Source of the DNA: Malacoraja senta | Taxonomy: Eukaryota | Assembly: GCA_038087875.1 (NCBI GenBank) | Contig: JAXLNO010002062.1 | Location: forward strand, 1-64,000 | Reading direction: 5' to 3' | DNA length: 64,000 nucleotides | Part shown: positions 10,951 to 23,020 of the stretch, piece by piece | Position numbering within the stretch: position 1 is the stretch's first letter | Layout of the letters: each line of letters starts with the position of its first letter | Translations under genes and position numbers: made by a program | Notes under the pieces: model-generated | What the model saw: the letters and a program-made list of their open reading frames with translations, nothing else | Told to the model about the DNA's origin: nothing | Databases searched by the model: none

Positions 10951-13409
10951 CATACATATATTCAAGAGGGAAATCCGGTCAGTTCAGGGCCCAGTGGTCA
11001 CAATCTGATGATCAGGCTTCAAGTTGAGATGAAGAGCGATTACTTCTCCCACAGAATGATGAAGGTGTGGAATGTTATACCACTGGAAGCAGTTGAACAC
11101 AGATCATTGAATTTATACAAGGAGTTATATGTTATTTGTATGGTCAAAGGATCAGAGAAATAAAAGGATCAAGGTATAAATTTTAGGTCACAATTGATCA
11201 CATGGAATAATAGTTGAGGCTCAAATGCCTGAATTCCTATTACTTTTATATTCTGCATTTCAACATTTTTGTATTTATCGTGGCCACATTTCCTCTGCAT
11301 CGAAGAACATGATAACTGGGATGCTTAAAAGGAACTGAGACCCTGGTGCCAATGCCTTTTTGCAGCTGCATACATTGGTTTGGTGTTCACAAAGCGAGGA
11401 CAAATCAGAAATAATTTTCTGAACACGCCATCCATTGCTATTTCAATGTGCTTACCCAAGATACAAAAAAAAATACTATATTAATCTATATTAAAAAATG
11501 TTTGGATAAAATAAACAAAACACGGTCATCAAATGTCCCTGGGTAAGTCATCCACCCCCTGCCCTCCACCCCTTTGAGAAGTGGCTGAAGGGAGATATTA
11601 AAATACATAAAGCTTTTAAATGAATCACTATGGTGAAAACTTTTCCACCATAAAATCCAGCAGGGAATTCGACAGAGAATGCTCCCTCTCCTCCCCTCCC
11701 ACCCAATACAGGTGAGAATGAGGATCCAGATCAATGAATTGCATTTAGGGGACGGCTGGGCAAACACAAAAGAGAAAAGAATAGTCGGTTCTACATTGGA
11801 GAATCCAGCACAGACTTGCCAACCATGTTGCAGATCGCATAAGGTGGGAAGAGGGTCATGTGGACTATATGCACCAGTATTGGCAGGATAGGCAGAGTGG
11901 CCTGTTCCTACACACTTGTCTCCACTACAACCTTGTATTACTTTGACTGCCAATTCATTTTTGATCATGTTGTTCCCATTCATTCTTTAAAAAATACAAA
12001 ATCAACTTTGACGTAAGATAACTGTGATTGATGCTGTTGCAAATAAATGGAGGCCTTACATTTTCTTAACAACAATTTAATTTTGCGCCTTGCATATTAT
12101 ATCTTTCATATTATATCTTGCACATTCCATATATCTTGCCTTTACTTGGCAACATGAAGCCACTATAAAACAGGGTGCAATCCAATATGTTTACTTGGAT
12201 TTCATGCCAATCTATTTCCAAAAATCATATACGCAATGGTCTATTCATCAAGCACATTCTACAGGCAACTATTATTAGGTGAAATCTCAAGAGCAGAACT
12301 TGTACCAAATGAGCCACATAAAATGAACTTGATCACTGTGCCACCAGTCACTGTGGACAATTTTATATTCATATGGATGATAAATTCTTTGCATTAGATT
12401 AGAAATGTACAAAGTACAAACAATCAAGACTTTTGACATCAAATAACCAAGCGTTATGTAACAACATTTATTGGTGCTGTGTCTCAGACTAAATGCAGTG
12501 TTAAAACAAAATATATTCTATCCAATAATGACTGTAGCTAATGGAATCTGCAACTAAAAACAGAAGACTGAAAGCATTCAATGGCTCAAGCAAAATTATT
12601 GGGACAAATGGTTGATGTCACAAATAGGGTCAAGAACCTGCACCAGACCTGTGAGGGAAGAGGATGAATTGCCAATATATAGCAATCAGGGAGGAATAGG
12701 ACAGAGGCTGGTAGATCAAACGTAGAACCAGGTGGGGAGAGGATAATGGGTAGATGGAAACAGGTAGGAGAGGAGGAGGAAGAGGTGAACAACAGGAGAA
12801 TAAACTGTTCAAATGAGACAGAGGTTCACTTGCACCTCTTTCAACTTTCTATACTGCAATCATTGCTCACACTGTGGAGAAACTAGCTTAGATGTCAACC
12901 ATTTTGTACAGCACATCCCTTTGAAGTAAAGATCATCCTGAGATCTGTTGTATGGTATTTTAATACCCCTTCCCACTCTCACACTCACCCATCTGTCGTT
13001 AACCTTGGGCACAGAAAGTTTTAAGTAAAATATCTGATAATCCACCTGGGTAACTTTATATAAATATAAAGTTTTCACATTTCAGCTTATCCATACCACT
13101 GGTGTTCATTTGTTCTCCCACAACCACCCATACACCAACTTTGCTCCATCTGCCCATCATCCCCTCCCCAGCTGATTTTACTTCGGAGTCACGTGAGTGA
13201 CTACGTGAAGAAGCCCCGTCCAGCCGCACACGCGTCATTATCGATCAGACGCATAGCGTTCATGACCGTGTGTGGAGGAGCAGGAGCTCCTCCAGCCGGT
13301 GAGTAAAACAAAAGTAAAACAAAAGTCGGAAGGTAAGTGAGTTACTTTTCACTTACAGGAGCGTTTCCTTCCCGTTTAGACTTGTTTGGTGGAGCTCCAC
13401 ACAAGTTTA

Positions 13410-14760
13410 TTATGGAGAAATGGGAAGGAGAGGCGGCCAGGGACGCACTGTAGTAAAACCCCAGATCCTAAGGGTAGCGGGCGTCAGTCAGGGGAGTCAG
13501 TGGCAGCGAAGCCATTAACTCCAGTTGTGGTCGAATGTGCGTTAAACCGCCGCGGGCGGGCGCAAGGCAAAAATCGGCCCGACCTGTAGACTCGGATGAG
13601 TCAGACCCGGAGGTATGCCCTCCTCAGGCAGGAAAGAGTATTACACTGCAAGGGTCAAAAACGTTTTAACTCATTATGGGGCAGATGATTTGTAAAGAAC
13701 CCCCACAGGAGGATTTAAGTCGGTGTTGGCCAATGAAGTATAGCACAGGAGGTGCCTTGGAACAGGCACAAGGGTGGCCTACAGGAGAGCCATCAGTGCC
13801 TGTGCAGAAACATTAAAGAGGTTGGCCTACAGGAGAGCCAGTGCCCCAAAATGCCATAAAAAAGGCAAGTTATGTGTTGGCCTATTGGAGAGCCAGTACT
13901 AGAAATGCCTGAACTAAAGGCAGCACAAACGTGCAATGATAAATGTGCCAGCACCGACAAATATAAAGTGTAAAAATAATGAAGCGTTGGCCTAGAATTG
14001 AGCCAGCGCCAGCAGCACCTGAAGCAGGGCTGCCTGTCCGTGGGCCTACAAGAGAGCCCGCGCAGGGGGAATCTGGCAGAGACTTACCTGAAACAGGGGA
14101 GCCAGAAATTACCCAACATAAAAATGAATATTTAAATTTAGATGATGATTTAAATGAGGACCAGAGCCCATTATCAGAGCCAAAAATGTTCCAAGGCTGG
14201 CACAAAACTTTGCTGTTCCCAGAGTAACAGGGGAACCTTTGAGAGAGGAAATAGCTATGACTATAAATTATCTACTCTCCCATCAGCCCCAGGAATTAAC
14301 CATGGATGAGACAAAAAAAATATGAGACCCGGGAAATTGTAGCAGTTACAGCAGTGAATAAACTTGATATGGGTAATTTGAGCAGTGGTTTACGCTCACA
14401 AGAATTGAAATTACACAAGTGCTGAAATTTCTGGGGTCAGTGGTTTGGATGAAGGTTATATATCGTATTCACAACAAAATGTAGCACTCATGTGTAGTGC
14501 GCACTTTGAAATAAATTGTATTCATAAAAATGCAATAAGACCAAATATTCATCCTAAGTATGCAGGCTCTGCAAACCATCCAATATACAAATGCCTAAAT
14601 CTGTTTTGGAGAAAATCTAACAAAGAAACTAAAGGATCACCTATGCTGAGCAGAGCGGTGAGAAGGCAGTATCCCTACAGGCGAAATGTGGTGCTGGAGA
14701 AGGAACAATCCTATCATTCTCGTATACACGTTGACATGCTGCACCGAGGATACGTGGAGG
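13410..14760 (+). pseudogene. DIRS-A gag-like ORF1, degenerate
   Basis: Fragment CSAHFEINCIHKNAIRPNIHPKY is homologous to DIRS-B CSTHFEINCPRKGAIRPIMNPKF; multiple stops. Confidence 0.65.
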
Positions 14761-14849
14761 TTACAATGTGCCTACTAGAAGGGGACAACAACTGCCGGTG
14801 GCAAACCCTGAGGTTAGGGGGCTTGGTCTGGTAAGAAACACAACAAATG

Positions 14850-16750
14850 TTTCACACTCACAAATAGGGGGAAGGTTACGATTCTTCCTAAAAGAATGGC
14901 AATCAATAACAAATGATTCATTTATTCTATGTAGCATTGTTGGATTCAAAATTGAGTTCTCTCCACTTTTGGATCCTCCAATTCAGCATAATTCAAACTG
15001 GTCACAGATTTTTTTCAAAGGAAGAGAATGGGTAGATCAAAGGAGAAATGAAAAATGTTATGCAGAAAAGGATGATATAAATGTCAGTAGAACAACACCA
15101 TCAGTTTGTGTCAAATATTCTCCTAGGAATATTCTCCTAGAAAAGGGATGGTGGACGTAGAATCATTTCCGATCTGACAAATCTTAACCTTTATGTACAA
15201 TAGAAACATTTCAAAATGGAAACATTTACTAATGCCATTTAGCTAGTCACAAAGAATTGCTACAAGGCAAGCATAGATCTGCAAAATGCATATTATTCTG
15301 TGGCAATGCATGGTAATGATCAAAGATATTTGAAATTTAGATGGATGAGTCAGTTATGGCAATTTAAAGCATTGCCCAATGGTCTGATTTCAGCACCAAG
15401 ATTATTCACTAAATTGCTCAAACCAATTTTAGCTCTGTTAAGAGCTGAGGGCCATGTATTAATGGCTTATTTAGATGATATCCTCATTGTAGGGGACACT
15501 TTGGCTGCTGCAAAATTGTCAGTATCCAGTCAAATACATTTTGAGAAATTAGGTTTCATTATTCACCTACAAAAATCTAAATTGTTACCAAGCAAAAAGA
15601 TTGATTACCTTGGGTTCACAATTAACTCCGAACACATGGTAATCACTTTGCCAAAAGATAAAAAGCTGCAGTTAATTGAAGGTTGCATAAAACTCATTAA
15701 CGAGGACACATCTTCAATTAGAGAAGTGGCAAGCTTGCTAGGCAAATTAATTGCAGGGTTTCCAGCGGTCACGTTTGGACCATTGCATTATCAATGTTTA
15801 CAGAGAGCTAAGGTACAAGCGTTAAAAATGAATAGAGGGCATTTTGATAGGCCCATGAAATTAACAATTCAATCCATTACAGAAATAGAATGGTGGATTA
15901 ACAATGTTTCTAATGCTTCCAGAAAAGTTCTGGTAGAAACACCTTCCGTCACTTGACAGACTGATGTAAGTGCGCTGAGTTGGGGCGCTACTAACATGAT
16001 TTCCAGCTGTGGAGGTAGGTGGAATGTGAATGAAGTACCTTTGCTGGAAAAACTGGGAATCAATTACCTAGAGCTATTAGGCGCATTTTACGGCCTTAGA
16101 GCTTATTGCACTGATATGGGAAATGTGCATGTTCAGGTACAGGTTGACAATACTACAGCTGTAGCATACATAAATCACATGGGTGGTATAAAATCAGAAT
16201 CATGTGATAAATTGGCAAATGAAATTTGGACCTGGGGTATTGCCAGAAAAATGTGGCTGTCAGCAATATTTACCAGGTAAAAATTAATACAATTGCAGAC
16301 AAAAGATCACATAAATTTAATGATAATACAGAATGGATGTTAAATCGGAAAATATTCACACAAATTATCACACAATTTGGAATGCCAGAAATTGATCTGT
16401 TTGCATCAAGATTGAACCACCAGTTGCCTAAGTATGTGTCATGGGAACCTGATCCTGGTGCAGTAGTGGTGGATGCTTTCTCGCTACATTGGGGTGGTAT
16501 GTTTCTGTATGCGTTTCCACCATTTTGTTTAATCCACAAATGCATACAGAAAATTAAACAAGATTCAGCCTCAGGGATTTTGGTAGTACCAGATTGGCCT
16601 ACACAGGTGTGGTACCCACTGGTGTTAAAAATGGGGGGAAAAAACCCAAAACCCTTATGGTTATTCCAAAGCAGATTAAACTGCTTGTACACCCTGTGAC
16701 TAATGAATCACATCCTTTACATAATCGTATTGGTTTGTTGATTTGCAGAT
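14850..16750 (+). pseudogene. DIRS-A pol (RT-RNaseH-adenine methyltransferase-like), disrupted
   Basis: FKALPNGLISAPRLFTK, YLDD, IDYLGF, TDVSALSWGA, INYLELL, DNTTAVAYINHMGG, DLFASRLNHQL and YAFPPF; stops and frameshifts including a short duplication near 15115-15140. Confidence 0.92.
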
Positions 16751-17738
16751 TCTAAGAAGGCCATATCTTGGAAAAAGATTATCAGACCGTACGGTGGATG
16801 TTATGACAGCAGCCTGGAGGAATAGTACCCAGAAGCAGTACATTTCATATATAAAGAAATGGGAGGTGTTTTGTTCAGGAAAGAATATTGCATATAACAC
16901 AGCAGAAATTTCAGATGTAATAGAGTTTCTTTCAACTCTACACTATGAATTGAAATTAAGTTATAGTGCAATTAATACTGCAGAAAGTGCACTCTCTGCA
17001 TATTTAAGCAGTGAATCAGAACAAACTCCAATTGGAGCACATCCTTGGGTCTGTAGGTTTATGAAAGGAATTTTCAACTCTAATCCTCCCAGACCCAGGT
17101 ATACAGAAATTTGGAATGTAAAAGATGTACTGATGTTCCTAAGGAATTGGAATCCAGTTGAAACTCTGTCATTATCCAAAATTACCATGAAATTGGTTAT
17201 GCTCATGGCATTAGTTTCAGCACAGAGAGTTCACACATTACAGAAACTCAGAATTGATAGAATGAAAGTAGGGCAAAATGCCGTGACATTCTATGTCTAT
17301 GATTTACTGAAGCAAAGTAGAGATGGGTCCACAGGATGCAAGTTGGAATTTTTAGCATATCCTACAGATTCACGACTGTGTGTAGTAACATATGTGAAAT
17401 GTTACATAGAAACAACAAAAGTTTTAAGAGGCGCCGAATTGGCATTTTTTATTAGTCATAAAAAGCCTCATAAGAAAGTGTCAACACAAACAATTTCACG
17501 ATGGTTGAAACAGGTGTTGAGATATTCAGGTATTGATACTGATAAATTTAAATCTCATTCCACCAGGGCGGCATCAACATCAGCGGCCAGGGATTCAGAC
17601 GTGCTAATAGACCTTATTCTCGTGGCCGCGGGATGGGCAAGTGAACAGATGTTTCACAAGTATTACCACAAGGAGATTAAAGATCTCAGAGGGTTTGGTG
17701 ATGCCGTGCTGGATACAGTATTAAATCCCCCATTATAA
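16743..17738 (+). CDS. DIRS-A tyrosine recombinase (open frame; first ATG 16803)
   Basis: 331 open codons; catalytic R (SAQRV), HSTR, AGW and YY motifs. Confidence 0.92.
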   Translation: MQILRRPYLGKRLSDRTVDVMTAAWRNSTQKQYISYIKKWEVFCSGKNIAYNTAEISDVIEFLSTLHYELKLSYSAINTAESALSAYLSSESEQTPIGAHPWVCRFMKGIFNSNPPRPRYTEIWNVKDVLMFLRNWNPVETLSLSKITMKLVMLMALVSAQRVHTLQKLRIDRMKVGQNAVTFYVYDLLKQSRDGSTGCKLEFLAYPTDSRLCVVTYVKCYIETTKVLRGAELAFFISHKKPHKKVSTQTISRWLKQVLRYSGIDTDKFKSHSTRAASTSAARDSDVLIDLILVAAGWASEQMFHKYYHKEIKDLRGFGDAVLDTVLNPPL

Positions 17739-17902
17739 ATGGGCCTAATTTTGTTACGTTTATTAAAATAAATAAAACCATTAACTGATTACATTCAAAT
17801 GTTGTGGTTATGCATTGTTGATTGTGCTTACTCAAATAGAGTCAATCGATGCAGTGAACACCTGGATTTGAATCCACGGTGTGAAATCACAGAGCTTTGA
17901 AA

Positions 17903-18016
17903 TCTTCACGTAGTCACTCACGTGACTCCGAAGTAAAATAGTAAGATTAAACGAGAACTTACCAAGTTTGAAGTTTGATCTTTATTTTATGAGGAGTAAC
18001 GTTGAGGGATTACGTG
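17903..18016. other. DIRS-A internal complementary region (ICR)
   Basis: Reverse complement of the left end (37 bp) joined to the reverse complement of the right end (~78 bp). Confidence 0.95.
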
Positions 18017-18479
18017 CCCTCTGCTCCCACCCTCATAAAAGGATCAAGCTGGTAGTTCTAAGTCTTTATGCATCTTACTATCATACTTCAGTAGTTATCG
18101 TCTGTGATTGTCACTCCGCTGCTTTGAAAGATTGACGCGTGTGCGGCTGGACGGGGCTTCTTCACGTAATCCCTCAACGTTACTCCTCATAAAATAAAGA
18201 TCAAACTTCAAACTTGGTAAGTTCTCGTTTAATCTTACTATTCCACCTGCCACATACCAGCCTCTGCCCCATTCCTCCTTCAAACTGTTAGAATCTTCCC
18301 ATCCTCTCCTTCAATTCTAATGCAGTGCCTTGCCTTGAAATGTTGGTATATGTCATTTGCCTCCACAGATGCTGTTTGACCAAGTACTTCCACTGGCCTT
18401 TCTTTAGTCTAAAATTCTTGTTGGAAATAACCACAAAGTCTTACTCTATCTATAATTGAAACCATTTAATTGGTGCTTA

Positions 18480-19470
18480 GAGAGCTTTCTAAAATCATGA
18501 GGGCGATTGATCAGGATTTATTTTACCCAGGGTAGGGTAATCAAGAACCAGCAAAAACAGATTTAAGCAGTGTTCAATGCTAATTTTTTAGGTGTCTGAG
18601 CTGTCAAACAGGGGCATTTCAGATTTTGCTGGGGGGGGGGACAAGCTAGTTTCCCTAGAGGGTCAAACAAGATTATAGCCTATTACTACATCCCAGTGTA
18701 TAGCTAGTACTTTAAAACATATAATACTTAATTTAATTATGACAAAATATTGCACGGTTGCACTCACTGATTATCATGAAATATAATTATGAAGCAAGTA
18801 AAGAAAAAGACTGTTATCATGTATTTTTACAGAGGTGCCGGCAAGACACCGACTCGCCCTGACTATCCCACAGCTCTGGGCCTTCACACACACACACACA
18901 CACACTCTCACCCTCACACCCATTCACCTACACACCCACCCACTCATCCACCCACCAGAGTTCCAGGCTCAGCTCCAGGCCCACAACCACAAACGATGCA
19001 CACATCACATGGTCTGTCTCTGCTGCATCATAGTGTTCCCCTCCTCCTACAGGGAACCTCAGTAGTGATGGATCTTCCCCTTACCCCTCTTTTAATCAGG
19101 TTACCCCGACCACACATCCGCTAGTTAAAATTCCACCCTGTTTATTTTTTCTTTAACAGAGGTGCCGGATCGGTGCTCAGGTGAGCTCCGGCAGCACTGC
19201 ACCCCTGGGTTTAAGGTGAGGAGGAAGATTTAGTAGGAACCTGAGAGGCAACCTTTTCTACTAAGAGGTTACTGGGTGTATGGAATGAGCTGCCAGCGAA
19301 GGCAGAATAACAACATTGAAAAGACACTTGGACAGGTACATGGATAGAACATGTTGAGAGGAATGTGGGCCAAACGCTGGCAAATGTGACTAACCTAGAT
19401 GTAGCATCTTGTTCAGCTTGGAGCATTAGGCTGAAGTACCTACTTACATGCTATATGGCTCTATGACTCT
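18480..19470 (+). mobile_element. CR1 3' fragment interrupted by a MITE
   Basis: CR1 sequence AAGAACCAG...GATTTAAG resumes as GGTTTAAGGTGAGG after the insertion. Confidence 0.7.
18568..19207. mobile_element. Non-autonomous hAT element (MITE, 640 bp)
   Basis: Imperfect TIRs (CAGTGTTCAATGCT versus rc CAGGGGTGCAGTGCT); 8-bp TSD GATTTAAG/GGTTTAAG; subterminal ACAGAGGTGCCGG repeated twice. Confidence 0.75.
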
Positions 19471-20317
19471 TTGTTAGATGAACATAAACATGGCAAATGG
19501 AGTTTAATAATGGAAAATATGTGCTCACACACTCTGGTAAGAGCAATTCAAAGGAAGCTATTATCTAAATGGAGTGAAATTGCAAATGAGTGGAGTACAA
19601 GAGATTCAAGTGCTTAAAGTGCAAAACAAAAAGCCAGCAGGTAGATGCAGCACACAACTCAGAAGGTGATTAGCATTCAAAGGTAGGTTACTATTGTAAT
19701 TATGGTACATGATGTTGCTAAGGACATATCAGGAGCACTGTGCACAGCTTGGTCCTCAAATTTAAGAAAGGATATATTAATATTGGATATCAGCTAGAAG
19801 AGATTTCTGGAATAAGCAAGTGTTACCTAACCATGAATGGCTGAAATCACTGGTTCTGTGTCCCTTGGAGATGACAAGAAACAGAGTTAACCTTATGAAT
19901 GTATTAAAGAGGCATGATGTGGTGGTGAATTGATGGATAATGCGTGGATATATTCTAAAAGACCAGGGAATTGTGTCTTATGTGGAATAAGCACAGTAAA
20001 GGAGTTGAGGCCTCAGTCATATCAGCTGTTATCAACATAAATTGCTAGATAGCTCTAATTTGTACAAATGCAGGGCAGTCTATTGAGAATTTCTGTCATG
20101 TTTGATAAACTTAATTTAACTCTTTCCATTTATTTCAGTTCCTGCATTTTAATCACATCCATGAAATCTTCTACTCAGCGATTGGTTAGCAGTGCACGTT
20201 CTGCTTTGGTTGAATATTTTGATAATCTGAGGAGGGAAATTAAATATTAGACAACAAAGAAATGGCATAGCAGAGAAGAGAACTCAGAAAGATGCAACTA
20301 GTTTATTCGCTTTAACT

Positions 20318-20600
20318 GTTGATTCATCCCACATAACATCTTCCTTCCAGATATAAAGGCACAGTGCCAGACACCTGGGTTTGATCCTGACCACGGGTGA
20401 TGTCTGTACGGAATTTGTACCTTCTCCCTGTGACTGCATAGGTTTCTCCAGGTGCTCCAGTTTCCTCCCACATTCCAAAGACAGATGTGCAGGTTTGTAG
20501 GTTAATTGACGTGTTCCTAGCTTATGTGGGTGATCGTTGGTTGGTGCGGCCTCAGTGGGGCCGAAGTGTCTGTTTCAATGCTCTCTCTCTAAACTAAACA
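20318..20600 (+). mobile_element. SINE
   Basis: Homologous to 1222-1545 with a (TAAAC)n tail. Confidence 0.75.
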
Positions 20601-20679
20601 AAAAACTCAATACTCCTTCAAATAGTTTCGTTCACACAAGTTCTATGTTATCTAACTTTCGCTTCCACACTAGGGTCAA

Positions 20680-20865
20680 ATTACAGAGACCAATTAACCC
20701 ATAAAACCTGGCATCTTTAGTATGTGTGTGAAAACTGGAGGACAGTGGAAACCCATGCGGTCATAGGGAATACATGCAAACTTCACACAGCCGACAAGCG
20801 AGGTTAGGATTGAACTGATGTCTATGACGCACTGAGGCAGCAGCTCTATCAGCAGCGCCACTCTG
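20680..20865 (-). mobile_element. SINE, degraded
   Basis: Reverse complement matches the SINE head and core. Confidence 0.65.
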
Positions 20866-21566
20866 CCTCAGGTTGCGTCATGTTCAGCACAAACGTTGTT
20901 GGACAAAGGACCTGTTCCTCTATTACAGGGGCATTCCCATTCACCGTAAAATTCAGCGAACTCAGCACCATTGGGTCACTGGAAATATTCCCTGCCTGAC
21001 CATCAGATCCCTCCAGATCAGTCGGACAGACACCAGTTAGGCAGCATCTGCCTGCAAATGATTCATGTCCCTCAAACCCCTGCATCTCCATGCACCCACG
21101 AAGGTGCACCCCAGACGCCACCATCCCTGGCAGTGCTTTCCAGGCACACACCACATAGTATGTAATAAAAACTTGCCCTTTTAAAAACTGCAGCTTCTAC
21201 CCTGCACTGAATATAATGCAATAATTTAAATGCCATAGTAGGCATTTAGTTAATTGGGGTAATTTTAGTCAATTGGGAGGTGTGATTGCAAATCTTGTAC
21301 AATATCATAAACCAAGTAAAATGTGACAAAGTCAAAATGGCCAGGCACAAAGAACAGAATAATCATGAACATCAATAACATGTCAATAACTAGACTCTCC
21401 TTGTGTAAGGCAGCATGCTGTAAGGTTGCAAACTCGTTTGCTCCCTTAACTTTTAACTTCCACTGACCACTCTTTCAATGTTACTGGTGACTATTTGACT
21501 TCAAGACATCGTCTAACTGTTCATAAAGTGTTGATAACACATTTACACGCCTTAATCGTGAAAAGG

Positions 21567-22401
21567 ATGGAGACAAGAAGGAAAGGAGGATCCCCAAAGA
21601 AGGAACTGGGGAAAGCCACAACCACAGCTGTAGCTTCTGATTCCAGCATCATAGAAGCAATATCGAAAATGAACGATGAATTGAAAAATGAGCTGAAAAA
21701 TGAAACGAAAACAAGATTTGGCAGTTTGGAAGAAATGGTGAAAGGAGTTGACCAAATTGAAGGAAGTCCAAGGAAAACTGTTTTTGTTACAAGATGAACT
21801 TCGTGAAGAAAAGGATCAAATTGATATCTTGCGCACCCTGGGACAGGAGAGAGATTTGAAATTTGAAAAATTGGAACGGAGAATGAATGAAAACACTTGA
21901 GAACTTCAGCAATACAAGTCTAAAAATATGGACTTAGAATACAGAAGCCGTCGTTTGAATTGATGAATTGTTGGTTTGCCGGAAGGCCAAGGAGGAGATA
22001 ACGTTATAAAATATGCTTCTAAAATGATAAAGGAAACATTCAACATTGAGCACAATGAAAACCTTCTGTTCCTGGATAAGGCACACAGGATTGGGAAGAA
22101 ATCCGGTAATAAACCGAGACACTTGATCATTCGGTTTCATTTTTTTCAAATGAAGGAGAATATTCTCCAGGCAGCAAAAAAGTTTGGTGTGGTTGAATAC
22201 AAAGGATGTAAGTTTCGGTTTGTCCCTGATTATAGTTACGAGCTTTTGGAAATAAGAAAGACTTTTTATAATGTAATGTCTGATTTGTATAAGAAAAAAC
22301 TGCGCCCAGCTCTATTATCACCAGCTAGATTGCGTATTCGGCTTTTCAATGGTAACTTTCGATTTTTTAACAGTCCTCAAGACGCCTCCAGCTGCGTCTG
22401 A
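21567..22401 (+). pseudogene. L1-Z ORF1, disrupted
   Basis: Coiled-coil remnant and RRM/CTD motifs (AHRIG, PRHLIIRF, FVPDYS, LLSPARLRI); stops and frameshifts. Confidence 0.85.
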
Positions 22402-23020
22402 AGAGCTACGACGAGGAAGGGGAGTAATTGATAGCTGATTAAGTTATAATTGGAGATTTACTGTTCCTCTTTTGACAACATTTCGTTTGGTAATGATTAA
22501 GAATTTAACTGGACGAGTTGTTTTTCTTTTATATATATTCTTTTAAGAATTTCTTTGTTAATTCGTGTTCCCCTGTCGTTAGACAAACTAAGAGAACGCA
22601 GTTCTTGTTTTTCATATTTTGACCTTGGATAATAATAAGCAGCATTCCATGCCAGTCTGTATTTTTTTTCTTCTCTCTCAAAGAGATAATAACGAATGTG
22701 TTATGACGTAGTGGTTAAATATTATTCATTTTATGCTGAGCGCTGTTACTGGGAGAGATGGGATCGGGGAGGGGATTAGGTAGTTTGCTGACTGTCTTTT
22801 GGTCAGTTTGGGGTTCTACAGGGGTGGGAGGGGGAGGGGGGAGGGGGGAGGGGTCTTTTGTTCCCTATTTAGTGATCTCCATTTGTGCAAATTCTGAACT
22901 ACAAAATTGGCTGAAATGTCGTCACCTGGCTCCGCCCTAGATTTTTCTTCTTCCAGTATTATGAACTTTTAGGCTTCAAGAAATTAACCCATTACATCCC
23001 ACATGATTTTTACAAGCAAT

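Larger units (their letters stand above)
13175..18242 (+). mobile_element. Full-length DIRS1-type tyrosine-recombinase retrotransposon (DIRS-A)
   Basis: Left ITR 13202-13237 is the exact reverse complement of 18133-18168; ICR 17903-18016 is complementary to both ends; ATT at both junctions; gag-like, RT, RNaseH, MT and YR regions in order. Confidence 0.96.

Noticed and set aside
11486-11983. 165-aa minus-strand ORF
   Set aside because: No recognisable domain, and it overlaps a degraded CR1-tail-like sequence.
16226-17738. Prophage integrase plus Dam methylase (bacterial contamination or HGT)
   Set aside because: Both lie inside a DIRS element with RT, ITRs and ICR, where these domains are standard.
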